Source of the DNA: Macrostomum lignano
Lineage: Eukaryota
NCBI GenBank assembly: GCA_002269645.1
Contig: NIVC01000366.1
Location: 496,001-560,000, forward strand
Direction of reading: 5' to 3'
Length of the DNA: 64,000 bases
A program made the translations under genes and the position numbers. The first letter of the stretch is position 1. Every line of letters starts with the position of its first letter. The notes under the pieces were generated by a model. It searched no databases, had not been told where the DNA came from, and worked only from the letters and a program-made list of their open reading frames with translations. Below are positions 26,901 to 44,654 of this stretch, one piece after another.

Positions 26901-29900
26901 CCGCGATAGTGTTTTAGCTCCTTAAGTGTACGTGGTGCTCGTTGAACGCTACGAGGAACGCGAATAGCAGCTGCTTGACTGTCGATAGCAAGTCGGTAAA
27001 GATAAAGGTAAGGGTTCCGACCATTCGGATCCGGTTTTTCTCGGGAAACCAGAAAAAGCTGCATCAATATCCATCTAAAAAGCCCGCAAAGTAGCTGGTG
27101 CAGATAGCACGGAGGCGTAGACCGGATGTAGTCGAATCCCTGCAAGGCACTCAACGGTGAAAGTCCCTTGACACCAAGAAGATCAGATTTCTCACGAAAA
27201 AGAACGCATGGTCCGTGTCTGGCCGTCCTCTTTTCAGCCAACATAGTCGTATCTTGCGAGCAGCGGACCTCCGGCTGAATGCAGCCTTCTCTTTTGGCAA
27301 GTCGTTGACCTGACTTTTTCGGTTTCGTGGGATACTTTCGACCGCCCCTGGGCCGCTGTGGTTCCGTCTGGATGTAGCACTTGTCACAACCGTAAACGGC
27401 ATTGAATCGTTTCATACCCAAAGCGTCAGCGCGTGCAGGGGCATCAAAGATGGCCAGTAGTGGATGAAAACGCAGATGACGAGGTTGACCACTGCTGTCA
27501 GTGTACTCAACACCAGGATGCAGAAGACTGTTGAGCTCGCGAATAGCCAGTGGCAGAAAAGAAGCTGCAGTCAGCTTCCTCTTTCCAGCCCATAGGCCAC
27601 AAACCAACGCGTGCTTGTGCTTTAGCTCGTCGGAAATTTCATTGATGCTAATGTAAACTGGGCAGCATTCAGTATTTGCAGTCGAATGCACGGGAAAACC
27701 GTCGCAACAAATTGTGTACGTCAAGTCACATCGGCTATCCAGAGGCACATTCTCGGCAAATTCTTTGTACAAGATACTATTGGCTAAATAAAGTATATCC
27801 GGGCTAGTTCCCTCGATGAGATCTTTTGGAAATACAACAGCATCCAATAAACCAGCAGATTCAAGTTTACAACGTAGATGTCTGCGGATGTCGAAAACCC
27901 AAAATTGACCTATTTTGATGGACTCACAATTTGCGCACTTTGTATCCGAGCGTTGAATGCGTCCGCGTACAGCATGTCCGCAATTGTTACAAACAGTAAA
28001 ACAAACCGTTGAACTAGATACAGTGTTCATTGATTTGGCAAGGTCAGTAAACTTGTACAAAGTTTTGGGCAGTCGGTTGTTCGGCATTAGAATCCCTGGA
28101 ATACGCAATAGTTCGTTCTGATTTTCCTCGGTCAATTTTGCTTCCACAGAGAATCTACTTAACATCGTAACGGCTTCACGAACAGTGACAGTGGAACCCG
28201 GGTGAACTGTAGGCGAGTCACCCAAGTCGCAAGGCGAGTTCATGTGCCAGTCTATAGCCGAACCATCGGTAGCAAAGTTACTAACTGAGCCAACAGCAAC
28301 ACCCGCAATTCCCTTAGTGTCTGTCCCATCATCGACCGAGACACTGCTGTCGCCAGAGCCGTCGCTGCTGTCACCAGAGTCGTCGCTGCTGTCACCAGAG
28401 TCGTCGCTGCTGCCACCAGAGTCGTCGCTGCTGTCACCAGATTCGTCTCTGCTGTCACCAGAGTCGTCGCTGCTGCCACCAGAGTTGTCTCTGCTGTCAC
28501 CAGAACCGCTTTTATTGCCAGAAATACTGTCAGAGTATTCTCCACTGCTCATTACCATCTGAAGCTTTTGTCGTGCACCTGACTCCAAGCTCGTCGCATC
28601 CCGGTGCCGCTTTACCCGTGCTCGCGTTTGATCTCTGACCCGATCAGTATAGCACTCCTCGCAAGAGCATGATTGTGCACCTGATACGCCGAAACTGCAA
28701 ACTGCTTGTCTGCGGGGCCTGCCTTTGCGAGATTCGGTGGCTTTTCTTAAATGCGGCAGTCGGTCGCTCATTTAGCTGAAATTTTTGGGGACCATCTATG
28801 ACGTAGAAATATAAAATGTACTGCATTACATCAGCCAGAAAAAAACAAGTGGAGCTGAAACTACGCCTAAAATTGACTATATGGTATGGAGTAACTTGCT
28901 TGCAAACTGGTGACTAAATCACGTCGAATTATCGCGGAAACTAGTCCTGTCATCAGTAAAGGTTAATTTCATTACAAAACTAACGAAAATGAGCCTAAAG
29001 GTTGTCTCAATTTGGCAACATAAATGAATGGAGGAAAAGAAGTACAACTTTTGATAAGCAGTACAGCAAGAAAATGTAGTTGAATCATAGTTGCTATGAA
29101 TATTTATATACTTGTTACATTTTTAAAACATTAGGAACATTTCAAGCAAACGAATGGCCTCTAAAAATGAAATTCAATTTGATTCTCTTAGCGGTTTCCT
29201 GAAAGAGAGTAAATGGTGGATTCTGCAGGAATCATCCAAAGCTTTGTGAGAACCCGCCAAAAACTTTGGCGGGTTCCTTCGTCGATTCCGCTTTTCAACA
29301 TGGCTGGAATCTCTGAAAGAAACCGCCCAGTGTTCGGTGGTTTTTTCGGTTGGAAACTCTTTTCTTGGTGGTTTTTTAGGTGGTTTCTTACTGGGCGGGT
29401 TTTTTGGCAGTTTCTTGCGCCTAGAACGTCTCATTGGGAGGGTTTTGTGTGTGGGCGGGATTTGTGTGTGGAAACATCGGTGTTTCCGCTTGGAATCAGC
29501 CAAAGAAGCAGCCATATTTTGCAGCGGGAGCTCCCTATCTACCGCCTCTTCTCCCTATCTATCGCCTCTTCTCCATATCTACCACCCCATCTCCCTATCT
29601 ACCACACCATCTCCCTATCTACCACCCCATCTCCCTATCTACCACCCCATCTCCCTATCTACCACACCATCTCCCTATCTACCACACCATCTCCCTATCT
29701 ACCGCCTCTTCTCCCTATCTTCCGCCCCATCTCCCTATTTACCACCCCATCTCAATCTACCCCACCTTATCTCCTTTATCAGTTTTACAATCTTAAATTT
29801 TATGGATTAATTGCTCAGGTGCAGGCGGATCGCTGCCATACGGTCCTAGTAGGCCTCATGCAGCACGGCCTCGTGCGTTTGTACGACATCCGCCAGACCC

Positions 29901-30049
29901 GCACCCACGTTCGGACATTCTACAAGGGCGCCCACTACCCTGACTGCGTGGCCCGCCTGACCCGCAGCCCCGTGTACTCGCTGGACTTCAATGCGCACTG
30001 CTTTGTTAGGGGACTCGACTCAGAGATTAACTGCGTGCGGTTCGCTTGA
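11907..30049 (+). CDS. FBXW4: F-box/WD40 protein, FBXW4/dactylin-like: join(11907-12080,17028-17299,18165-18560,19006-19174,20883-21290,29819-30049), about 549 aa; the start may extend to ATG 11568
   Basis: All introns are GT-AG with matching phases and the total of 1650 nt is divisible by 3. F-box [58 protein letters not shown] and SPVYSLDF parallel motifs recalled from vertebrate FBXW4. Confidence 0.85.
12150..13030. repeat. ~31-bp minisatellite (CTCACCCTAAGGATCGCCCTCAATCTCCCAT), FBXW4 intron 1
   Basis: About 27 units. Confidence 0.95.
13396..14577 (+). CDS. Intronic S/T/A-rich ORF of unknown function with a 12-aa repeat ([12 protein letters not shown])
   Basis: 393-codon open frame starting at TTG; the first ATG is about 100 codons in. 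No recognisable domain. Includes a 36-bp repeat at about 14019-14325. Confidence 0.3.
   Translation: MSPDAQSRLLPLFPACDVVSDSGDDKSTKNFDKEIQLKCGALSNEFLADNLADFSRRLRRCSVVTDASVQSTSISTSTSTKIDDQFVKPLAPPPVATAAMDRRRRSQRVSAATAADTASSKSELPASSTITTENNSTTTYPPTASRKPVKPARNVTRTLAAVREAIRAKRVAFQRERLASAAPATTSDSSSGLHADSSSIVGGDTSGSDVCATSVATSVSDVCATSGATSVMDVCATSGATSGMDVCATSGATSGMDVCATSGATSIMDVCATSGATSGMDVCATSGATSGMDVCATSGATSGMDVCATSVSSFAPVSSSDSAQCSTSTLDLATSDLTRCVSGSATEAGSSSGCSLFVSRSSTKDSCKLGLPTWSKSARQPEMTVVKPDEQVH
15060..16065. repeat. 32-bp minisatellite (TCAGTCCCTCAGATCCCTCACTCACCTGTGAA)
   Basis: About 31 units with a homogeneous centre. Confidence 0.95.
16790..17010. repeat. ~22-bp minisatellite (ACCAGACTGATAATCATCACCT)
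   Basis: Short array ending just before the exon 2 acceptor. Confidence 0.85.
17650..18130. repeat. Degenerate TTTC(C/T)AAGAAA repeat
   Basis: Recurrent TTTCCAAGAAA / TTTCTAAGAAA motifs at roughly regular spacing. Confidence 0.7.
18578..18880. repeat. 26-bp minisatellite with palindromic TTGGCGCCAA core
   Basis: TCCAATTTGGCGCCAATTTTTGTCAC, about 11 units. Confidence 0.95.
19270..20725. repeat. 16/17-bp minisatellite (GGGTTTGAGTATGT(C/T)A)
   Basis: About 85 units in FBXW4 intron 4. Confidence 0.95.
21305..22259. repeat. 20-bp minisatellite (ATCTCCCTATCTACCACCTC), left part
   Basis: The array resumes at 29531 after the EnSpm insertion. Confidence 0.95.
23661..24590 (-). CDS. EnSpm accessory gene, main exon: coiled coil plus BEN-like domain
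   Basis: [35 protein letters not shown] fits a BEN-domain pattern. The frame stays open upstream of ATG 24425 through a coiled-coil segment. Upstream exons are unresolved. Confidence 0.55.
   Translation of the reverse strand, partial: GSEQTEALRSANLALENRLVATNEQIKDLEKEREQILLRIVQAEGAAKVLADVSAMISTAVDGSAAVDSNAIADVGNQGGDADSEDDAESDQQKQLVCLSDKTQALRSQKITKTDSKRIRKLLTALRSVKALVVSDIDVDGKKEKDELVQKAESRLIRCLLRSLFTEADFLATNFSGRKVGQRVLDAPCPVKIEAVKEFLARSNIAVEHQTLRLAFKQCRATARERMQPQKQAIRRAKTSEWRDKRRAVQKSAPSSASHASKFVPSRAACSHSDGNGDVGHVGVMLASDSDAIPHLEGDDVQLLPVCSL
26075..28771 (-). CDS. EnSpm/CACTA-type transposase, 898 aa
   Basis: Uninterrupted ORF with CxxC Zn motifs, [28 protein letters not shown] (C/DxxH) and YRGHE..W. 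A 7-aa SGDSSDD repeat lies near the N terminus. Confidence 0.88.
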   Translation of the reverse strand: MSDRLPHLRKATESRKGRPRRQAVCSFGVSGAQSCSCEECYTDRVRDQTRARVKRHRDATSLESGARQKLQMVMSSGEYSDSISGNKSGSGDSRDNSGGSSDDSGDSRDESGDSSDDSGGSSDDSGDSSDDSGDSSDGSGDSSVSVDDGTDTKGIAGVAVGSVSNFATDGSAIDWHMNSPCDLGDSPTVHPGSTVTVREAVTMLSRFSVEAKLTEENQNELLRIPGILMPNNRLPKTLYKFTDLAKSMNTVSSSTVCFTVCNNCGHAVRGRIQRSDTKCANCESIKIGQFWVFDIRRHLRCKLESAGLLDAVVFPKDLIEGTSPDILYLANSILYKEFAENVPLDSRCDLTYTICCDGFPVHSTANTECCPVYISINEISDELKHKHALVCGLWAGKRKLTAASFLPLAIRELNSLLHPGVEYTDSSGQPRHLRFHPLLAIFDAPARADALGMKRFNAVYGCDKCYIQTEPQRPRGGRKYPTKPKKSGQRLAKREGCIQPEVRCSQDTTMLAEKRTARHGPCVLFREKSDLLGVKGLSPLSALQGFDYIRSTPPCYLHQLLCGLFRWILMQLFLVSREKPDPNGRNPYLYLYRLAIDSQAAAIRVPRSVQRAPRTLKELKHYRGHEAEMWLLVYGPMLLEGYLPQDYWCFLLLLSSATFWLTFHRTPSNVTHAYLAGPLHTQSAALLEGLHCRIGKRIHGSKNIDLEVVNIIETLIGTPAAGEAADFAHQLHTSSCQRRRCIQQPFGTITLRGRVLPNNLGIHWKSARLPGGLFVEVYQQSKQNRRVLSCFVAIAGDTPTRFRFGRVDSIQVVDDCATAVVRLLEVQEPDWDNLHSFAGVLPESVNRDCRLSHFRHLIGSPFDVIDATIQIPMTDIFRCCAVSENFVALLPHAQSATS
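29531..29770. repeat. 20-bp minisatellite, right part
   Basis: Same unit as 21305-22259; the CCTCTT variant occurs on both sides of the junction. Confidence 0.93.
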
Positions 30050-30054
30050 CTGGC

Positions 30055-30132
30055 TACCTGTCCGTGTCTGTCTGTCTGTCTGTCTGCCTGTCTGCCTGTC
30101 CGTGTCTGTCTGTCTGCCTGTCTGCCTGTCCG

Positions 30133-30185
<53 letters not shown>

Positions 30186-30272
30186 GCCTGCCTGTCTGTC
30201 TGTCTGTCTGCCTGCCTGCCTGCCTGTCTGTCTGTCTGTCTGTCTGCCTGCCTGTCTGTCTGTCTGTCTGTG

Positions 30273-30303
<31 letters not shown>

Positions 30304-30342
30304 GTCTGTCCGTCTGTGTGTCTGTCTGTCTGTCTGCCTGCC

Positions 30343-30398
<56 letters not shown>

Positions 30399-30421
30399 GC
30401 CTGCCTGTCTGTCTGTCTGTG

Positions 30422-30454
<33 letters not shown>

Positions 30455-30477
30455 GCCTGTCTGTCTGTCTGTCTGTG

Positions 30478-30522
<45 letters not shown>

Positions 30523-30596
30523 GCCTGCCTGCCTGCCGTCTGTCTGTCTGTCTGTCTGCCTGCCTGTCTGTCTGTCTGTGTGTCTGTCTGTCTGTG

Positions 30597-30645
<49 letters not shown>

Positions 30646-30656
30646 TTCTGCCTGCC

Positions 30657-30700
<44 letters not shown>

Positions 30701-30723
30701 GCCTGCCTGTCTGTCTGTCTGTG

Positions 30724-30779
<56 letters not shown>

Positions 30780-30846
30780 TGTCTGTCTGTCTGTCTGTCT
30801 GCCTGCCGTCTGTCTGTCTGTCTGTCTGCCTGTCTGTCTGTCTGTG

Positions 30847-30887
<41 letters not shown>

Positions 30888-30898
30888 TTCTGCCTGCC

Positions 30899-30954
<56 letters not shown>

Positions 30955-30977
30955 GCCTGCCTGTCTGTCTGTCTGTG

Positions 30978-31037
<60 letters not shown>

Positions 31038-31100
31038 TGTCTGTCTGTCTGTCTGCCTGCCGTCTGTCTGTCTGTCTGTCTGCCTGTCTGTCTGTCTGTG

Positions 31101-31137
<37 letters not shown>

Positions 31138-31148
31138 TTCTGCCTGCC

Positions 31149-31204
<56 letters not shown>

Positions 31205-31227
31205 GCCTGCCTGTCTGTCTGTCTGTG

Positions 31228-31283
<56 letters not shown>

Positions 31284-31362
31284 TGTCTGTCTGTCTGTCT
31301 GCCTGCCGTCTGTCTGTCTGTCTGTCTGCCTGTCTGTCTGTCTGTGTGTCTGTCTGTCTGTG

Positions 31363-31415
<53 letters not shown>

Positions 31416-31470
31416 GCCTGCCTGTCTGACTGACTGCCTGTCTGACTGACTGCCTGTCTGACTGACTGCC
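30055..31470. repeat. (TCTG)n/(GACA)n microsatellite, 1.4 kb, with ~240-250 bp higher-order units
   Basis: Starts directly after the FBXW4 stop. The variant TCTTTCTGCCTGCCG recurs near 30645, 30885 and 31135. Confidence 0.97.
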
Positions 31471-31794
31471 TGTTTTCTAATAAAAATAAATTGGTAATGA
31501 GAAATGCTAAGTCTCGTGTAAGTTTTTTATTTCTGCTGTACTTTTTCGCTTGTCGTTGTGCATTCCAAATATTTATTAAAATTTTATAATGCAACAGATG
31601 TACGGAGAGTATCATGCCGTTTAGACAATAAATGAATCTTTATTTTTTCGATGCGTTACAACTGATTTGGTTTTCTCCGTGTACCTCTGTAAAAAAACAA
31701 AACAGTTTTTTCATCTTCAATGCTTTTGAAAAGCAACACATGATTTAGTAATTTTTGTCGTTGCAGTGGTTAGATAAATTCCTAGTGAAACTGA

Positions 31795-31888
31795 TATAGA
31801 TAGACAGATAGATAGATAGATAGCTAGATAGATAGCTAGATAGATAGATAGATAGCTAGATAGATAGATAGATAGCTAGATAGATAGC

Positions 31889-31939
<51 letters not shown>

Positions 31940-31940
31940 C

Positions 31941-32004
<64 letters not shown>

Positions 32005-32163
32005 CAGATAGATATATAGACAGATAGATAGATAGATAGCTAGATAGATAGATAGATAGATAGATAGATACATAGATACATAGATAGATAGATAAATAGA
32101 TAGATAGACAGATAGATAGATAGATAGATAGCTAGATAGATAGATAGATAGATACATAGATAC

Positions 32164-32230
<67 letters not shown>

Positions 32231-32255
32231 CATAGATACATAGATAGATAGATAC

Positions 32256-32330
<75 letters not shown>

Positions 32331-32379
32331 CATAGATACGTAGATAGATACATAGATAGATAGATAGATAGATAGATGG

Positions 32380-32410
<31 letters not shown>

Positions 32411-32480
32411 GATAGCTAGATAGAAAGATAGATAGATAGATAGATAGATATAGAGACAAATAGATAGAGACGGATAGATA
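31795..32480. repeat. (GATA)n microsatellite
   Basis: Directly visible in the sequence. Confidence 0.97.
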
Positions 32481-33074
32481 GATTGAGTTTCCAAACATCT
32501 AGCTGGCATGATTACCTATATGGGTAGCTATAACTATTTTACCCTCTTGTTGAATATCGATTTAGTATCTAACTTCAAGCACAGAGACGAAATTTCTGCA
32601 AAGCGTTTGAATTTTCTTTGAATGGAATTACGGTGTACTTTTTGTCATGTTAAGAGTCTAATTCTTAATTCCTCTGTATCGAATATCGAAAACTGACTCA
32701 AAAGTGCCGTTGCACTTAATTTAACAGTCGCATTCGGGTGCTGAACTTAACTGTATAGTATTTTTTCCAGACAGGCAAACAAGAAATCAGCCGATCTGAC
32801 ATCACGTGAGTGCTCACAGTGCTCACTGCTACACGGCACTTGCAGACTCATTTTAAACCGCTGCAAGTGTACTTGAGTAATAAACATCTGTCAACAGGCA
32901 ACAGCTGTAAATTTGGGGAGTTAATTGACTAATTGATGGAGTTAAGTGCTGTAATTAACTCATGTGGGAGTTACACTGTAAATGTGCTGTGCTGTACATG
33001 TGAGTTACCATTTCTTGATCTCTTATCGATCTTGAATTTGGTCTGTTAATCCCATACACACCTGGGAGTTGCAG

Positions 33075-33775
33075 TACGTCTCTTTGATCCCATTTCAACA
33101 TTTTGGACTTGCAGTCTCTTGATCCCATTAATCAAAATTTTGGACTTGCAGTCTCTTGATCCCAAATCCCCATCTGGGACTTGCAGTCTCTTGATCCAAA
33201 TCCCCATCTGGGACTTGCAGTCTCTTGATCCCAAATCTCCATCTGGGACTTGCAGTCTCTTCATCCCAAATCCCCATCTGGGACTTGCAGTCTCTTGATC
33301 CCAAATCCCCATCTGGGACTTGCAGTCTCTTGATCTAATCCCCATCTGGGACTTGCAGTCTCTTGATCCCAAATCTCCATCTGGGACTTGCAGTCTCTTG
33401 ATCCCAAATCTTCATCTGGGACTTGCAGTCTCTTGATCCAAATCCCCATCTGGGACTTGCAGTCTCTTGATCCCAAATCTCCATCTGGGACTTGCAGTCT
33501 CTTCATCCCAAATCCCCATCTGGGACTTGCAGTCTCTTGATCCCAAATCCCCATCTGGGACTTGCAGTCTCTTGATCTAATCCCCATCTGGGACTTGCAG
33601 TCTCTTGATCCCAAATCTCCATCTGGGACTTGCAGTCTCTTGATCCCAAATCTTCATCTGGGACTTGCAGTCTCTTGATCCCAAATCCCCAACTGGGACT
33701 TGCAGTCTCTTGATCCAAATCCCCATCTGCGACTTGCAGTCTCTTGATCCCATTGCATAATCTCCATCTGGGATG
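33075..33775. repeat. 33-35-bp minisatellite (GGGACTTGCAGTCTCTTGATCCCAAATCCCCATCT)
   Basis: About 20 units. Confidence 0.95.
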
Positions 33776-34344
33776 CTGCACTCAATCCAAAATAAATTCG
33801 AAAAAACCATGTAGAAATTTCCCATAAACTCAAAGCTTAAAATTTGCACTCAATTTCGTATTGAAAGTATTTATTTAACATTTCTTTTTTGCAATGCCAT
33901 TTCACAAAAAATATTAAAAGTTGTTTTCAATGCTATTTATAAACACAAGAGAGATACACATTATAATGCCTCTGAGAACCGGCACCCTACATCACAGGCA
34001 TTAGGTGGCAATATTTATAAAGCACAAATAAATTCAAAGTTATAAAATTTCTAAAATGAATAAATTAAATGACAATTTGGCAGTTTTTTTGAACAAACAC
34101 AAGCAAGCAACTGAAATTTAAGGTCGGGTTATTTTTTGTGACATCGAAATAGGCTGTTATAGCTACGGCAAGATATAATTGATAATTATAAAATTAATAA
34201 TATTTTATTACAGAACACACTGACAATAAATAAGCTGAGGCAACAATGACCTAAGAAGTTTTTGGTGCACTTACTCTCCTTTGTAACTGCAAAATACATT
34301 ATTTCAAACTGATCTTAGTTGTTAGGATTCATAGGTAATTCAGG

Positions 34345-35215
34345 TTAATTGATTGATACCACACTCTGTCTAGTGATTGATTGATACCACACTCTGTCTA
34401 CTGATTGATTGATTGGTTGATTGATTGATTTTACACCCTATCTACTGATTGATTGATTGATTGAGATTGATACTACACTCTGTCTAGTGATTGATTGATT
34501 GATTGATACTACACTCTGTCTAGTGATTGATTGATTGATACTACACTCTGTCTAGTGATTGATTGATTGATTGATACTACACTCTGTCTAGTGAGTGATT
34601 GATTGATTGATACTACACTCTGTCTAGTGATTGATTGATTGATACTACACTCTGTCTAGTGATTGATTGATTGATACAACACTCTGTCTAGTGATTGATT
34701 GATTGATACTACACTCTGTCTAGTGATTGATTGATTGATACTACACTCTGTCTAGTGATTGATTGATTGATACTACACTCTGTCTAGTGATTGATTGATT
34801 GATACTACACTCTGTTTAGTGATTGATTGATTGATACTACACTCTGTCTAGTGATTGATTGATTGATACTACACTCCATGTCTAGTGATTGATTGATTGA
34901 TTGATACTACACTCTGTCTAGTGATTGATTGATTGATACTACACTCCATGTCTAGTGATTGATTGATTGATTGATACTACACTCTGTTTAGTGATTGATT
35001 GATTGATACTACACTCCATGTCTAGTGATTGATTGATTGATACTACACTCTGTCTAGTGAGTGATTGATTGATTGATACTACACTCTGTCTAGTGATTGA
35101 TTGATTGATACTACACTCTGTTTAGTGATTGATTGATTGATACTACACTCTGTCTAGTGATTGATTGATTGATACTACACTCTGTCTAGTGATTGATTGA
35201 TTGATTGATTATTTA
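34345..35215. repeat. 32-bp minisatellite (GATT)n-ACTACACTCTGTCTAGT
   Basis: About 25 units. Confidence 0.95.
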
Positions 35216-35371
35216 TTGATGCAATCTGATCAATCAATCACAAGATTGATACTGACACACATCTACTGACTGATTGATGAATACAGATCCCACTGAGTCA
35301 GAAAATATAAACAAGAAGTCGGGACAGGCGGACACTGCCAGGTCCCATGTCAGGATGTACTTCAGCATGCC

Positions 35372-41494
<6,123 letters not shown>

Positions 41495-43699
41495 GAATTG
41501 ATATAATAAACGTAGTTTTGTTATACTTAATTGAAACAGTTTTTTTAAAAAAGAATCAAATCACGATGAAGGGGATGTGTAGGTGCGGTGGTTTGTTTTG
41601 CTATATAAAATAAGAAAGCAAACTTTGACACAATACAACAGCTAATCTGTGAAGCAAGGAAGGTAGAGACTAGAGAGAGGCGCAATCTTTCTTTCCTCTT
41701 TGCAGTTCAGTTTGTTGGAACTTGAAGAAGGGACGGTTCCGAGTCTCCGACCGATAGATAGGTTGATTGCCGTGGGTCCTTCTCCCTTAAAGGCTAAGGA
41801 ATTCCTTATTCTAATAGGTCGCGGGGCTTGGGAGCCTATGCCGGCCGTTCTGTAGCAAACGCCACTAGTAAGGGGGAAGGGAGGGGGGCCCCGGCCTTTT
41901 CCTTCCTTTTCACATTTTCGCACTCTAAAAACTAAAGTGTATATAATGTGTGGCGGCTTGTGGTGGGCGTGTTGGGCCACTATCATTCTGGGGGGGGGGG
42001 GTAGGGGTGGGGACACGCGGGGTCCCGCACCCAGCCCCCCCTCCCGCACCCACCCCGCAAAACCCCCCTGGCCCGGCCCTTTCAAGCCCAATTTAGCCAA
42101 TAACGCGCAGCGTGACCTCTTCTTATGCACGCCCTCTATTTGTGTAAGGGCGGCGCCAAGCCGTGGCACGCTATGGGATTCTGTTGAAACTCTGGACAAC
42201 ACGCAGCGAACCTTGGGGACGAAGTCACCACATGGGTCCCGCCCCGCGCCGCCCGAGTCCCCAGACCTATTCAGCTATTCTTCTGACTTTACTCAGTTAC
42301 ACTGAATTTTGTTCGAGTGTTTATTGTTACGCAAACAGGCCCTGCGGATGGGATGCGAATGTGAATGTGAACCCAGACCTGTGAACCCCATAGCGGCCAT
42401 AGACATTGTCGGATTGAAGAACTTTTTAATGAGGACCCGACCCGTTCTTTCAGCTAAAAAAGCCAAATTAGAGTGTAAGAGCACATTGCAGGCCGCAGGT
42501 ACCACAACTAAGTATTAATGACCACAGTGACCAAATTCACTTTTTTTGTAGTAAAGAATTTTATCTTTATAATTAAGCTGAATACCGTCACCCTCACCAC
42601 TTTACAAGTCTGCCCACTGCTCTGACCTTTGCTTTAAATGTTGGCTTTATTCGCTACGTTTGTTTTTATGCACTTTTGCTCACGTCTGTTGATTGTAGAA
42701 AAATTTACTAAACCGATTATATCTGATAAGGTTTGGCGGAAAATAAATCTGAGCTCTAGTATAATACGGTACGGAATTCCAGATTCTGGATAATTCCGGA
42801 TAATCCGGCATGGTAAATAGTAGCCAGGGCTCAGAGAGCAATAACTCCGACAGTGGATTTATTATTTTCTTCATTCTTATTTATTCACTAAGTTTCGTTT
42901 CAGTGACGCACTCAAGTCAAAGCCGGGTTAATTAATAAACTTTTGTTTATTCGCTGTGTATAATTGTTGTCTGCCTTCATAATCTAGCCTCCAAATGCTA
43001 GGGGGCCTCCTTTGCTAAAAAAATTATTAAATTTAGTCGATAGCAGATACGAGCGTAGCAGCAGGTAAAAATGGATTATATTTATATTCACTATTGATAA
43101 CTGGATAACGATATACAGCAATAATGAAGAATATTACCGTCTTTGATGATATAGTCTATTATAACTAAAACTTTACGTAGCTCGTAAATATGAATACTAA
43201 AAATGTAATTGCTTGCTAATTGCGTAAGAGCAGTAATTAGCTTATTAAAATTTGAACCGACTACTTCGATCGTTTCGTTGTCTGTAATTAATGAATGATA
43301 AACTGCTTCATGTACATAGCTAGTTGTACGTACTTAGAACTACAGGCGAGATTATATGACACAAGCTGTTGAAACCCGCGGATTTTGAACCCGTGGAATT
43401 TCAATTCCTGGAACTATTTTGCATGCATTCTAAAATCCGAAGTTATGTTTAAACAAAAGGTTGTAATGGTAGTTAGATAATAATTAGAATAGTTAGAATA
43501 GAGGTAAGCATGCAAAAAGGAGTGAATTTGTGGAAAATTAAGATTTGAGGCAAGCATCAATCTCGTTGGCTGGGGTGCTGCGCAGAATGTCAGACAAGCT
43601 CTCTCCCCTTCTTCTCTCCCCTCTTCTCTTCTCTTCTCTTAGATAAAGAATCCAGCTCATGGCTGAGTGGCAGGTAAGAGTGCATGGAAAGAAGGGATA

Positions 43700-43900
43700 G
43701 ACTATTAGAAAAGAGGAGAGGCGAGAGAGAGGATAAGAGAAAATATTAGAAGACAAGAAGAGAGACGAGGGTGAGAACGAATAGAGTGATGTGGGACAAG
43801 AGGGGAGGGAGAAGTAAGAGAAGAGGGGAGAGAAGAAGGGAGAGAGAAAAGATGGGCGAAAGAAGCGAGAGGAAAGAGTAGAGGTGAGAAGATAGTGAGG

Positions 43901-43932
<32 letters not shown>

Positions 43933-44273
43933 TTAGAGAGGAGAAGGTAGAGTTTAGAGAGTGGAGATGAGCGAGCAGAGAGAAGAGAGGAAAGAAGAGA
44001 AAGGAGAGACGAGAGAGTAAAGGGAAGAGACAAGAGATAAGGTTGTAGAGACGAGAGATGAAAAAAGAAAGATGAGAAATGAGAGATGGGAGAACAAAAG
44101 AGCAAAATGAGTGCCTGCGGCGCCAAAATGAGTGCCTGCGGCGCCAAAATGAGGGCTGACAACACGATTCTCAAAATAATGGAAAATGTAGAAATTTAGT
44201 CATGTACATGACTACATGTACATGTTGAATTTTGGCTTTGCCCCCGCACCAAAAATCCATGGCGACGTCCCTG
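43700..44273. mobile_element. Probable hAT-type MITE fragment with GA-rich interior
   Basis: 44110-44273 resembles 46955-47103 (CTGCGGCGCCAAAATGAG..TTTAGTCATGTACAT) and ends in GTCCCTG. The 5' end was not found. Confidence 0.5.
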
Positions 44274-44654
44274 ACGCCAACTCAGTGGCAGTGAGACCAA
44301 AGAAGGTCAAAAATCAGCAGCTATAGCTATGCTATACACATGTCGCCACAATTATAGTACAAACAGTTAGGACAGCCATAAGGCAATGCTACACTGACAT
44401 TTTTTGCAAATTAGAATCTGTGTGTTTTAGCTTATCATCTAATACATTTATCTCTCCTTCCGTCTTCTTTGCATGTCGATCTAATCTATAATAACATCAG
44501 CAAGCAAAAAGCAACATTGCATTTGCTTGTGTGAAGCGAAGTACGCTCGTAGCTAAAGCAATATCTGTCTCTCAAGTATATCCGCAGTCGGATACAAAAT
44601 CAGAAATGGCAATTCAAAAATTCATATCCGTATAGTATAAGCATATCTATAATA

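Larger units (their letters stand above)
22260..29530 (-). mobile_element. EnSpm/CACTA (CMC)-type DNA transposon, about 7.3 kb, in FBXW4 intron 5
   Basis: 20-bp TIR CTCCCTCTGCAAAATATGGC / GCCATATTTTGCAGCGGGAG (19/20 match). It splits a minisatellite and contains a CACTA-type transposase. Confidence 0.88.

Noticed and set aside
29991-32509. Long ORFs (CLSV/QTDR, YLSI repeats)
   Set aside because: Artefacts of stop-free tetranucleotide microsatellites.
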